From the human T2T-CHM13v2.0 reference genome, Homo sapiens: 64,000 nt of DNA. The stretch is taken from assembly GCF_009914755.1 (NCBI RefSeq), contig NC_060928.1; one strand, written 5' to 3'. Position numbers and translations under genes: made by a program. The notes under the pieces were generated by a model that ran no database searches, had not been told where the DNA came from, and saw only the letters and a list, made by a program, of their open reading frames with translations. Below, piece after piece: positions 28,883 through 42,565 of this stretch (positions within the stretch are counted from its first letter, which is position 1; every line of letters starts with the position of its first letter).

Positions 28883-29719
28883 TCTGATTCCCTTTTTAGG
28901 AGCAGACAGACTTAGGCACATCTTCTGGCTTTTAAAGAGTTTATGTCTATCTAGCCTGTCTTCTAAGATGTCAGCCTTTCCCTCAGGGAAAATCTTTCTT
29001 TTCTTTAGCTTTTAATCAGTTTGCCTTCTTTATTTTGTTTCCAATCTTCCACTGCTCCTGATACCATTGTCAAACTGCAGCACATTCTTCAAAGCGTTTG
29101 CGTTCTTCCTTCATTCCCTGGTTCCTAGGGATAAGCCCTTGGGTTTGTAATAATTTTATTGAGTTGTTCTCTACCTCAACCCAAGAAGATGGCATATTCT
29201 GTTTATTTTGAATATATAATACTTTTTCTAGGTGACTCTTCAGAGCCTTTGGCAAGCCACATAATGACAAAAAGCCATATTCTCTCTTTTGTCCCTGAAG
29301 GTAGTTCATGGATTCTGAGACAGCCAAAATAATGCTGCCTCCTTGGGCCTGGTACTAGTCATTTAATGCTAGAACTGCTGGTGTTCACAGTGCACATGGA
29401 GCTCAGCTATGTCTTCTCTTGCAAGTTCTGGCCAACAGGCAGAGCTGAGAAACAGCAGCACAAAGTCATTCAGCCTCCAGATACATCTAAAAGACTTTTA
29501 CCCCAAAGAACTTTCCATGTTTTGGCCTCCATTCTGACTGCTTTCCAAGGCTAGCAACTACAGCCCTACCTACATACCAATATCTTCTTGCCTGCATAAA
29601 AATAGCCATTCATCTGTGGACAGAGCCACCCTAAGTCAGGTTTGGAATCCTAAAGGGCCCACACTTGCTAAAGCCTGAAGTCTTCTGCTCAGCCACACCA
29701 GTTAGAAGCCAATGGTAAT

Positions 29720-29840
29720 TAGCACACGTTGCTGATTACCCTGATTTGATCATTACACAATGTATATATGTATCAAGACATCATATTGTACCCCATAACC
29801 ATGTACAATTATTATGTCAATTTAAAATAAAACTTAAAAA
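29720..29840 (+). mobile_element. L1MA 3' terminal fragment
   Basis: ttaccctgatttgatcattacacaatgtata...catcatattgtaccccataa...tacaattattatgtcaatt. Confidence 0.75.
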
Positions 29841-31444
29841 GCCAGTGGTAGAACCCAGCTTCATGGAGTGATGTAGACACCTGCCAGCTACCAAGATTAA
29901 AACACATGACCGATCCCAGCTGACCCTAGAGCCCCAACTGCCTTGACTGCAGGAAAAGCCTCTCTACTCTTGGTTTTCCAAATTCCCAATAACAGATATT
30001 GGGAATTTAGGGGATCAGTAAATATTACATCTTTCTTTCCCCTGCTTAAATTCTGAACCAACTGAGAAGCATAGGAGTTGGACAGGTGACAACTTAAAAA
30101 ATCATCTTTTCTGTGAATCTAGCTGTTGGAAATCATCAGGCAAGTGGGTTTGCTAAAATTTCACCACCCTGACATACCCTCCTATAACTGGACTCCCACA
30201 AAGGGTCCTGATCCTGTGAAACTTGCTGCTCAAGAGGAACAGAGCAGCGTTCTCTCTGCCCACAGGTAAATACCAAAAAGAGATGCCTAATTTCATCTCC
30301 CAGAGCCTCCAAAGAATCATTCTGTGTGAGGACTGATTGAATAGGGGTGAAAAACCGGAAAGTGTTACTACAGTGAGGGTCCCCTCACATAGAAACATCA
30401 GGAGCACAACAAAAGTTCCACCTTAACACCAGGCTGAGGGGCCATGTCCACCAGGAAAGCATAAGCTACCTCATGAGAACAAGGATGAGAAACACAGAAA
30501 CTGGTTGGACAAGATGTTATTAATGATATAAACATCCCTAATAGTATGATAGAAATTAACTGGGAGGAAGGATGGATTTGGGGTATTATTGATAATAATG
30601 TCTACCAAGTGCTCAGCACATGCCAGGAATTCTAAGTATATTCATTAGCTCAGATGTACCTGACCACAGAGTTTGAGCTCTTAACTATGTTACCATTCTT
30701 TGTTGTCTAAAACAGAGTACTATAAAGAAATACTTAATTTGGAGATTAAAGTTTTTTAAATCTCTGAAAATGTGTCCTTTCCTCAGCACATCACACTACC
30801 AAGGTGGTTGCCACAGAGCTGTTGTCATGTGAGGGCTCAAGAGGCTTTATTCCCTTGATTTTGGACATTTAGGGATTTTGTGAGATTTATCTGTGGTACT
30901 TGTTCATCATACTGAGTTTTGTTATTTCTCTATAAAGAAAGATTTCCAGGGATTTCTACAGCTAAACTCTGCTAATGTTGTCTAGAAGAATAAAAAAAGC
31001 AATCCTAAGTGTGTATTGAAATAAACTACAGTACACACACACACACACACACATAAATTCCAAACAAAATTAAATTGACATGAAACCATCATGAATTTAT
31101 AGGTCTTTTCCTAGCTTGAAAATTGAACATAGAAGTGTAGTGTGGTTTCTGAACTTTCTGGCATCCTTTTTCTACCCAAGCCCTAAATGTTGGAGTGTCC
31201 CAGGGTAGGTCCTGGGTGCTTACTGTACTCTTTGCAAATACAGGCTTTCCAGAAGATCTCCTGTATCCTAACTTAGCACTCAGGATCAACTGCACACCCT
31301 GAACATGCAGTCCCAGCTCTGACCTGTGCTCTGAGCTCTGGGCTCCCTATATCTGCTTGGATGTCTCACAAGCATCTCAAAGTCTGTATGTCCAGAGCAG
31401 AATTTTTTATATTATATTTGTTTGTAAACCTGCTTTTTCCCTAC

Positions 31445-31830
31445 TTATACAGTTTGCATATTTGTCCCCTCCAAATCTCATGGTGAAATGTGATCACCAA
31501 TATTGAAGGTGGGACCTAGTGGGAGGTGTTCATGGGGTGGGTCTCTCATGAATGAGTTGGTACCATTCCCACAGTAATGGATTCACGCAAGATCTGGTTG
31601 TGAAAGAGATTGGAACCTCCCTCCTCTCTCTCGGTCCCTCTCTTTCCGTGTGTCATGTCTGTTTCCTCTTCGTCTTTTGCTAGAATTGAAAGCTCCCTGA
31701 AGCCTCACCAGAAGCAGATGCTGGTGCCATGCTTCTTGTACAGCCTGCAGAATTATGAGCCAAGTAAACCTCTTTATAAATTACTCAGCTTCAGATATTC
31801 CTTGATAGCAATGCAGAATGGACCAACAAA
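31445..31830 (+). mobile_element. MaLR LTR (MSTB-like)
   Basis: tttgtcccctccaaatctcatggtgaaatgtgat...agaagcagatgctggtgccatgcttcttgtacagcctgcagaa...atagcaatgcagaatggac. Confidence 0.85.
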
Positions 31831-31914
31831 CCTAACCAATCAGTTCGGTAAATGAATCACTGTTAACTACATTATTCAAGCAATAAACCAGGACATTATC
31901 CTAGGTCATCATCA

Positions 31915-32215
31915 TCCAGTGGAAATTAAGATGAGCCACATATATCATCCTGAAATATGACTACTAGAAAACTACTAGAAAAAATTAAAAAGAAATGGAA
32001 TTAATTTAATAATGTATTTAACCCAACATAGCCAAAATATTGCCATTTCTACACCAATTTTTTTTAATGATATATTTTAAGTCTTTTGCATGCAATGTCT
32101 TTGAAATCCAGAATTATTTTATACTCAACAGTATAATCTCATTTCTTAACCAGCCACATTTTAAATGCTTAGTAGCCATTCGGGGCTAATGACTACCATA
32201 TTGGATGTGGCAATC
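31915..32215. mobile_element. MER33/MER3-like hAT-Charlie MITE
   Basis: tttaacccaacatagccaaaatatt...ccagccacattttaaatgcttagtagcca...ggctaatgactaccatattgga. Confidence 0.75.
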
Positions 32216-32362
32216 TTAGATCTAAGCTTCCTGGTTCATTCCTGCAATCAACTCCATCAACATATCATGTTTTCACCCTCTCTTAAATATATATGAGCCA
32301 TCTGCTTGTCTGTACGTCCTGTATCTTCACCATCTTTCACCCTCTACTGTAGCCTCCCCTAG

Positions 32363-32695
<333 letters not shown>

Positions 32696-32920
32696 TGAAA
32701 TATTTATTCTTATAACAACTATTTATTAAATGATTATGTGCCAGGTTCAAATCATACCTCTGGTACTTATGAGCTGAATGACCTTGGGCAACTTGCTGAA
32801 CCAATCTGTGCTTTAGTTTCCTCATCTGTAAAATGGGAGCAATAATAGTATCTGATTGATATTATTAATAATTGTACCATATGGGCTTGCGATGAGGATT
32901 CACTTAGTTAATAGATGTAA

Positions 32921-33249
<329 letters not shown>

Positions 33250-33321
33250 GACAGCTGTAGTTTTTAAGTTGCTCTGCTGGTTTGAATTTTGGATACTGAC
33301 TTCTTTAAGTGAGTTTTACTT

Positions 33322-33503
33322 CTATTGTGGAAAATATATATTTTTATATTGTGGGAAATATATATTTCTATTGTGGAAAATATATATTTATGTTATATAT
33401 CATATATAAATATATATATCATATATATCATATATAAATATATATCGTATATATCATATATAAATATATGATATATAAATATATATATCATATATATATC
33501 ATA
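33322..33503. repeat. (TA)n-rich tract with three tattgtgg(a/g)aaatatata units, followed by an antisense L1M 3' fragment to ~33710
   Basis: Direct reading; L1M text tcagtggcattaattacattcacaatgttgcataaccatcacc. Confidence 0.8.
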
Positions 33504-34489
33504 AAATTTGCCATTTTTAACCATAGTACAAGTCAGTGGCATTAATTACATTCACAATGTTGCATAACCATCACCACAAAAACAGTTGTTCAAAAACGTT
33601 TCCATTACCCCAGACACTCTGTACATGTTAAGCAATAACTCTCCCACGTGCCCCTCCTCCAGCTCCTGATATGGGTTACTGACTTTTTAACCTCTATGAT
33701 GGTGTCTACGCCTAGTTCCAGAAACATGGAGAGTTGATAAATAAAAAGGAATTTAACATAATGCCTGCTAATACTAAAAGGTGGTGAAAAAAATAAAACC
33801 ATGAGAAGGGATGGAGGCTGGGGCTGCAATGACAGATGATCAAGAAACACCCCTCTGAGAAGACATTTGCCCAAAGGGAGGAATGAAGCAAAGGAGTTAG
33901 CAATGCAAAAGCCCTGCCATGTGCTATTCATGCTGGGAACCCTTTGAATAAAACCAAAGCTCATTCCTTGGCCCCAGGGGCCTCTCGTCAGAGCCCCTGC
34001 CTCAGGCCACTCTGTTTCTCCCCACAGTGCTGATAATTCTCCTTTCCTTTGAATGTACCCACTTTGAAGCCTGGATTCATGGGGAAAAAGAAAATCCAAT
34101 CTTCTCCTCTTTTGTACAGGTTTAATGTGTATTAATATTTTTAAAAATCAGTGTATCAATATTACAAACTTTCAATATTTTACAGTTTATCATAGCGAGA
34201 AGCAAGAGCCCAACACCTTTGGACTTAAATTCTGCCTCTGCCTCTTTGTCACTTTTCGAATCCATCCTTCCCCTCTGCTGGCTCTACAGTGACAATGGCT
34301 GCAGTTGACTGAGAGCTTTTCATGTTAGTCGTTCTGGCGCTCAGTTTCCTCAGCTGGAAGAGAAATCTAATGCCTGCCTCACGGGTGGTAGTGGCGGTGG
34401 TGAAGGGGTCAGAGTGAATACCCAACGCAGATGGAGTCTCACCCTTCATCAGCATCAGCTGCTGTGAATATAACTTACATTTTTTCTAA

Positions 34490-34855
<366 letters not shown>

Positions 34856-34931
34856 AAATCATAAGCATTTTGTTTTAGTTTTGCTCTGTAGAGTTCAGTC
34901 TGAAGTTGCACTTTCATTCTTTAAATGCAAC

Positions 34932-34949
34932 AGTTCCATCTAGTGGCCA
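34932..34949 (-). promoter_or_regulatory. Candidate CTCF site
   Basis: Minus strand TGGCCACTAGATGGAACT; one core mismatch (C to A). Confidence 0.35.
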
Positions 34950-34961
34950 AATTGGCTAGGG

Positions 34962-35225
34962 CAGTGTTTTTATACTGAAATTTAAGTATATGTACATATA
35001 CTTTAAGTATATGTACATACTTTAAGTATATGTACATATACATATGAATAAAATGCAGTAGAAAATATCAGAGTGCATATAAAATGTTTTATGAAATTTG
35101 ACGGCTACATTTCATAAAATGATTTTACTGAAATATTAAACTATATTCACGTGTGTGCTTGGGCATAATCTGAAATTTTTTTTTTTGACAGTGAGTTATT
35201 TTTAAAATATTCAGAAAGTCACTGG
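34962..35225. mobile_element. Charlie4-like hAT MITE containing a palindromic minisatellite
   Basis: cagtgttttt...agaaaatatcagagtgcat...gaaagtcactg; internal array 34981-35046. Confidence 0.55.
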
Positions 35226-35239
35226 TCTAAGAAATTTGG

Positions 35240-35415
35240 TTTATAGTAAATCAGGGATGAATACTGGAATTACCTGGGGAGCTTTGAAAATACGATTGCT
35301 TTGTCCCACCTCCAGAGGTTCTGATTTATTTGGTCTCTAGTGTCACCTGGGCATCATGATGTTTAAAACCTACTCAGGCGATTATCTGTGCAGCTGAGGT
35401 TGAGACTTACTGCCT
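35240..35415. mobile_element. MER5-family MITE
   Basis: gaattacctggggagcttt...cccacctccagaggttctgatttatttggtct...ggttgagacttactg. Confidence 0.75.
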
Positions 35416-36678
35416 TAAATCCATCAAAAATTAGAGCCAGGAAAGACCTTTGAGATGATCGACTCTCTTAGTTTTGTGCATGAGAGAACTGAGATCCAGA
35501 GAGTTTAAATGACTTGCCAAAAGTCATACTGTAATTAGCAGAGAAGCTTCATGAAGGACCTTGACAGATATTTTGGAGCCTGGAAGACGTTCGGTAAATA
35601 TTTTATTTCATTTTTGGAAGACTTTTAGAAAGGGAAAGGGAGACAAAATGGAGAATATCTAATGTCTGTCTAGTCTGTTTACCAAATCAAGTTATAATTT
35701 GCTTTTATATTTCAATAAAGTTGCAGAATTTATCTGTTAAGTGTTCATTTAGAGTTCATTAAAATTAGATTCTGTGTCTCAACACAATCTACCTCACTGA
35801 TTTTTTTGTTTTTCACCAACATCCAGTTTGGGTGCATTTACCACCTACATCTCAGAGTACAGTTCGATTATTTTACCTGTTTATTTTCCACTCAGAAAAT
35901 GTGTTTGTGGGTTGGTGATTCCTTGTCTCTTGCTAATAACTAGGAAATCACTTGCGGCTGTTCATCAAAAACTCCACAGCTTGTAAAGGATGATGAATTA
36001 AATGACATATCATACTCAAGAACTCTATTACCTGCTGAGAAAGAAAACACATATAGATTTTTAGGATAGAAAGGACATGAACAGATCAGCCAGAATATAA
36101 TCATATGTGTTACATGTAGACGTGCCTGCAGGCAGCTAGCTGGTCAGATAATGCTCATGCATGAACTGGAGGAAGGAGTGGGTGTATTTTGGTCAGCGGA
36201 AGCTTCCAAAAGATGCTTTTTGAGTGAGGAGAAAGGGAGGGATTTAGAGATAAGTAAAGGCTTGAAGGTATAAGGTTAATAATTGTCTTGTTTAAATTAG
36301 AATAAAAACCTTTTGTCATGGAAAATGAGAATCTTTGAGAAGATATGCTGGTATGTGGGGAAAGAGAGAAATATTTGGTCAAGATGTATGCATGGGTGAA
36401 ATGGGTATGTGGGTTTCTCTTACTAGGAGTTTTTAGTGATACAATGTCAGAGTCCCAAAAGACCTTCCAGGTAAAGCCATCCTCATCGTCATCCAGATGA
36501 GGAAGCTGAGACATGGAGACCTCGCTGGGTGACCCCATCGGCCCCCACAAGTCCTGTGCCCTCCTGCCCCGCTGTCTTCCCCCAGCTATAAAAGGCTGTT
36601 ACCAAATTTAAGAGATAATGAAGAATCACTATATTCTGCACGTCTTCATCAGCTTAAGTATGTTCGTTTAATAAATTA

Positions 36679-36976
<298 letters not shown>

Positions 36977-37135
36977 TTAATTAAAACATGAATAAAGGTA
37001 AAAGCAAACTCTTAAATCCGTACACCTGAGAGTGTAGTACAGAGGCTTGAGCCTGATACGCTCCCATCAAAACTGAAGACTAGAACGTGGATGATAAAAC
37101 ATGATCATTGAATAGCTTAAAGCAGACCATTTAGA

Positions 37136-37351
37136 TCCGGGTTTCCCAGCCTCAGCTATACTGACACCTTAGGCCAGATAATTCTCTGCGGCGGGGGCTG
37201 CTGTGCACATTGTAGGATATTTAGCAGCATCTTATGGTGTCTACCCACTAGATGCCAATACTAACCCCTCTGCCCCCACCCCAGATTGTGACAGCCCAAA
37301 ATGTCTCCTGGGGAGCAAAATTCTCCTCCAACCTCTATTGAGAATCACTGG
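37136..37351 (+). mobile_element. MER20 hAT-Charlie MITE
   Basis: ggccagataattctctg...gtgcacattgtaggatatttagcagcatc...ctacccactagatgcca...gtgacagcccaaaatgtctcc...ttgagaatcactg. Confidence 0.88.
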
Positions 37352-38850
37352 TGTAGATGATGTAAGAATGTTTTGGAGTACAGTTAGCGAAACTAGGATC
37401 AAATGAGTGCGAGTGGGCAGGGAGTCACCAGCAGTGGACCTCACTGAACTGTGTTACTCATTTTGCTAGCTTGAGCTTGGCCCTTGCTAATTGCTCCTAC
37501 AGAGCTCTGCACACTGCAGGGCACTCAATAAATGCCTCTGAGTGAAGACTGACTCAGCAGTTGGCAATTTATTCACCTTAACGTTGTCTCCACCAGTCCC
37601 AGTTTTCTGACCCTTCTAGAGTCATCTTAAAACTAGAGGAGCTGATCTCTCTTTTGGAGAATTTCCAAGGACCATGGCAGTCTCTCATTCACCCTAGGAT
37701 GTCTGTGAATGTTGTGGACGCTTCAGAAATTCTCTTGACCCAAATCTCGGTCTGACATAAAATCATTTCCAGCCACACTCAAGTGAACAGCGCCTGGGAG
37801 CAGGCAGTCATTTGGTTCCCTTCTCTGAATGCATTGGCTCTGATCCACGGCGCCTCAGGAAGTGAAAGGGAGCAGGCAGTGAGGCCAAGCCATGAATGTT
37901 GGGCCCTTTTCTTAGAAAACAAAGGGTTCACTTTAGGCTAGGAGGAAACATCCGGGGGTTGGGGGGGGAAACTCTGACCTTGATCAGAATCAAATAAAAG
38001 ATGGGATTCAGAGAAAACTGTCTTTCATGCTATGAATAATCATCATTTTGTTGGGCCTTTTATATATTTTCTCTGTCAGAAATTTTACAACAGAAATGAT
38101 TGACCCTTAAGTTTTTGGAAGGGGTTCTCAAGAAATTTTAGTAGTTTTAATTTTCTTAATCAAGACCTTTTGTTATTTCCTAGGCTATGTGTTGTCATGA
38201 GAAGAAATGTCAAAACATGTGATAAAGAGTGGAGAAAATCCATAATTACTCAATATAAGTACAACTGGAAAGTTTCCAAAGAAGATGGTCCAGACATACT
38301 AGGAAATGCAAAATGGATGCAACTACTACCACAGACTCCTTAACGGGCCATTGCGTCTCTTAGTAGGGACCACTATTTTAATCTTTCTTTCCAAATACAT
38401 TGAAAAGCTGAATTCTCTGCAGCAGCGAGCACTCTGTTGGCTTGAATTTGGGGTTACTGGCTTCCTAACTTCCCTTCTGCTATATATATTCTTCACAGCT
38501 CCTGATGTAACACGGACTTCTGCAGATTTCCTGTTAACTTAACATCCCTCTCTCCTCTCAGAACTTTCTGCTTCTTAAGGCTCAGCTCCATTGGGCCACT
38601 TGAATTGGTCTGATTCCTTTACTCCCTAGGCTGGGAGTACAAGGCTATCTTTGGAAGGGTAATTCTTGACTTTGGCATAGAGTTGTGAAAAGAACGGTTC
38701 CCCAATGGCAAAGATGGACCTGCAAACATGAGTGTTGTTTCTTTCAGACAGCCTCTAAGAAAGATGGAAAATTAATTGGGGAAGAGAAACCTGCAGTGGG
38801 AATGTGGAAATCTTTGTGGCTCTCATCTGCCTAATATTTTCCATCCCTTA

Positions 38851-38988
38851 AGATAACCACACTGAGCACTTAAGTAAATGTATAATCTCACCTCATTGTT
38901 ATCTATCTAGCATCTGTTTAGATAACCACACTGAGCACTTAAGTAAATGTATAATCTCACCTCATTGTTATCTGTCTAGCATCTGTTT
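38851..38988. repeat. Tandem duplication, 2 x 69 bp, one mismatch
   Basis: Unit agataaccacactgagcac...tagcatctgttt starts at 38851 and at 38920. Confidence 0.95.
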
Positions 38989-39565
38989 TCATCGTAAGAT
39001 TCTTCTTTGCCATATTTTCTTTATATATTCATCTTTGTTGTTTTCACGTGATTAGTCTAGAAGTCTCCATAGAGTGAGACCAAGGTTTTGCAAGGGAGAT
39101 AATGAAATTAGTTCATGCCAGGATGGCTCAGAGCAGATGCTAGACATAAATAACAGTTATTGATTAATACAAACTGAAAAATCAATTATATTGCTTTGTA
39201 TAGTATCTAGCACAGTAAATGACAGTGATCCCCAGAAATAGGCATTTAAGTACTTACTGATAAGACTCAAAAATCATGATAATAAAGTGAGAGGAGTAGA
39301 TTGCCCACTCCAACAGTTAATTAAAAGAAGGGCTATGTATAAGCCATGGCACTAGTGTTATATGTGCTCTGCAGCATCACTAATTTATTTTTTATTTATC
39401 TTACCTGAAAGCTAGTCTAACCCTAGAGGAACAGGAAACTTACTAACTAGTGTTTGCAGTAGAGACGTATCCACATATATAGGAAATTTGTTTCTCCCTG
39501 ACTGTCTCATTTACTCAGAATATAATACAAATTGGCCTATTTTCCTCTATAGTGAACCTTTATGG

Positions 39566-39884
39566 TTTTTTTTTGTTTTGTTTTGTTTTTTTTTTTTTTT
39601 TTTTTTTGAGGCAGAGCCTCCCTCCACTGCCCAGGCTGGAGTGTGCAGTGGTGCAATCTTGGCTCACTGCAACCTCTGCCTCCTGGGTTCCAGTGATTCC
39701 TCTGCCTCAGCCTCCCGAGTAGCTGGGATTACAGGTGCACACCACCATGCCCAGCTAATTTTTTTTTTTCTAGTAGAGATGGGGTTTCACCATGTTGGCC
39801 AGACTGGTCTCAAACTCCTGACCTCAAGTGATCCACCCGCCCCCCAATCCTGGGCTTACAAGCGTGAGCCAGTGTGCCTGGCCC
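39566..39884 (-). mobile_element. AluS-like with a small deletion near the 5' end
   Basis: Antisense Alu with a long poly-T; flanks ccttta/cctttt are TSD-like. Confidence 0.9.
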
Positions 39885-40041
39885 CTTTATGTTAATTCTT
39901 AACTGAGACCTCACCCTCCTCCTAGCCCTCAGTTGACAGACAGATAGTGCCCTGACATGTGGAGGGCCACACAGCCTTCCAAAGTGTATGATAAATCAGA
40001 ACAATGGTGACACATGCTAAACTTCTTAAGGGCTAAGTCTT

Positions 40042-40883
40042 CTTAAATTTGTACAACCAGCATACTGAAGGGGCTGAGCTCAATTGAGGACACATAGGAG
40101 AAGGAACAGAGAACTTGGGGTTTGTTTTCCTTTTTGCATCGCTGCCTATAAATGTGCTTTGCTGAATTCCTTCCCACTGGGGAAGCAATACATCTCAGAC
40201 AGGTGCTATCAAGACTCACTTTCAAGTAGTAAGTCCAAGCCAGTCCAAATCAAAATGTCAGTCCCACACCCAGTTTAAAGGGTCTGCCTCTCCCAGAGGT
40301 CGCAGTGAGCCGAGATCATGCCATTGCACTCCAGCCTGGGCAACAAGAGCGAAACTCTGTCTCAAAAAAAAAAAAAAAAAAAAAAAAAGAGTCTGCCTCT
40401 CCTTGGTTCAATTTCTCAGATCCATTATGGGGAAGGGGCCTTGTCAATTCTCAGATCAGCCCTCTTTGTTCTTCCTTCATCCCACTCCCAGCCTTCTGGA
40501 CCTCAAAGTACTATTTCTCCGTTTTTCAGGTCAATATAAGGGAAGGGGAAATAGAAGACAAGGAGCAAAAACTCCAGCCTGTTGCCCAGGCTGGAGTGCA
40601 ATGGCATGATCTCGGCTCACTGCGACCTCTGGGAGAGGCAGACCCTTTAAACTGGGTGTGGGACTGACATTTTGATTTGGACTGGCTTGGACTTACTACT
40701 TGAAAGTGAATCTTGATAGCACCTGTCTGAGATGTATTGCTTCCCCAGTGGGAAGGAATTCAGCAATGCACATTTATAGGCAGCGATGCAAAAAACAAAA
40801 CAAACTCCAAGTTCTCTGTTCCTTCTCCTATGTGTCCTCAATTGAGCTCAGCCCCTTCAGTATGCTGGTTGTACAAATTTAAG
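40042..40883. repeat. Long inverted repeat: arms 40042-40345 and 40580-40883 (304 bp), spacer 234 bp
   Basis: Base-by-base reverse-complement match with 5 substitutions and no indels; mirrored ORFs 40084-40278(+)/40647-40841(-) and 40043-40225(-)/40700-40882(+). Confidence 0.97.
40294..40388 (+). mobile_element. Heavily 5'-truncated AluS (3' ~70 nt plus poly-A)
   Basis: cagaggtcgcagtgagccgag...ctctgtctc then A25; TSD aaag(g/a)gtctgcctctcc at 40277-40293 / 40386-40402. Confidence 0.93.
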
Positions 40884-41529
40884 CCAACCCTGCCTGCCGT
40901 CTTGCATGCCATCATGACTGGTGTACAAATACTGGGAGCTCTTTCATGGAGCTCATTTGTGAGGAGGCTTTTAGTGGAACTCTCCTTCCTGACACAAATG
41001 ATATTATCCGATTGTCTTCTTAGGGCTACCACCCCAGTTCCACTCCTACCCCAGCAATCCACCTTATTTCTTCTTACTGGTGGAGTCCTCGCCCTGGCAT
41101 GTGGCCCTGTTGGATGAAGTCCCTTTAAGATGGTTGGAGCCTGACTCTGTCATGCCTTCTAATTCAGGAAACTCACACCTCCTTACCCCTGACCATGCCC
41201 ATCTCTGGAAGCACAGGCTACCTTATCCTGACTTCATGGGCAGCTCTCCATAGTTGGTTGCCGTCACTATTCTTTACAAGGGAAGCAGGAACCAGTCTCC
41301 ATATTTTCAAATCCTCCAAAGCTCCTGGAGCCACATCTCAGGTTCTCTCAAGAAATCTCTAAGTGTGTTCCACCTGATGTGTTCACTGGAGAGGATTCTA
41401 TAAGCTTCTTCAGCTCAACAGGTCTCAGTCAGGGAGTCAAATGTGATCTGCCCAGTCTCTACAGATGGAACTTCCCTCCCTTGATGAGAGAAGTGGAACT
41501 CAATCTGAGGAAAGTAAAAAGCAAAGCGA

Positions 41530-41942
<413 letters not shown>

Positions 41943-42046
41943 TCAGCCCAGCAGGTGTGTCTAGGAGCTTCTCATTACAGTGTTGCAATAGCCTATTGCC
42001 CTTCCTTCAGGTTTTAATGAAAATCCTGAGGTTTAGGGAAAGTCCT

Positions 42047-42378
42047 TGTGAGGGTTAGTTTTATGTGTCAAATTCACCGGGCCAGAGTACCCAGGTATTT
42101 GGTCAAATACCAGTCTGTATTTTTCTGTGAAAGTACTTTTTTAGATGAGATTAACATTTTAATCAGTAGACTTTGAGTAAAGCAGATTACCCTCCATCAT
42201 GTGGATGGGCCTCATCCAATCAGTTGAAGAGGGCTTGAGAGATAAAGACTGAGGTCCCTCAGGAAGAAGGAATTCTGCCTGCATATTACCTTCAGGCTTG
42301 AGCTGCAACCCCAGCTCTCACCTTGGTTCTCCAGCCGCCAGCCTGCCCTGCAGAGTCGGACTTGCCAGCCCCCATAAA
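42047..42378 (+). mobile_element. MLT2 (ERVL) LTR fragment
   Basis: tgtgagggttagttttatgtgtcaa...ttagatgagattaacattttaatcagtagactttgagtaaagcagattaccctc...ggacttgccagccccca. Confidence 0.85.
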
Positions 42379-42565
42379 GTAGCTCGTTCTGGAGTGAAGG
42401 TGACTTCAGAGCCCTTATTACCAATTCCCCAGCGTTCTCAGGTTCATTGTAAGTACAGATCACTTTCATTAGACATTGTTGAAGGAAATTGCTTGACGAA
42501 GGAAATTTCTCGCCAGTACCCCTTGCCAAATGTTTGTCCCTAGCAACTTGTTACCCTGGGAACAG

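Noticed and set aside
33605-34099. 164-aa minus-strand ORF
   Set aside because: Non-ATG start, spans L1M/L2-like debris, and has no domain resemblance.
40043-40882. Two pairs of near-identical 60-64 aa ORFs on opposite strands, resembling a duplicated small gene
   Set aside because: They are a by-product of the inverted repeat, use non-ATG starts, and show no splice context or recognisable domain.
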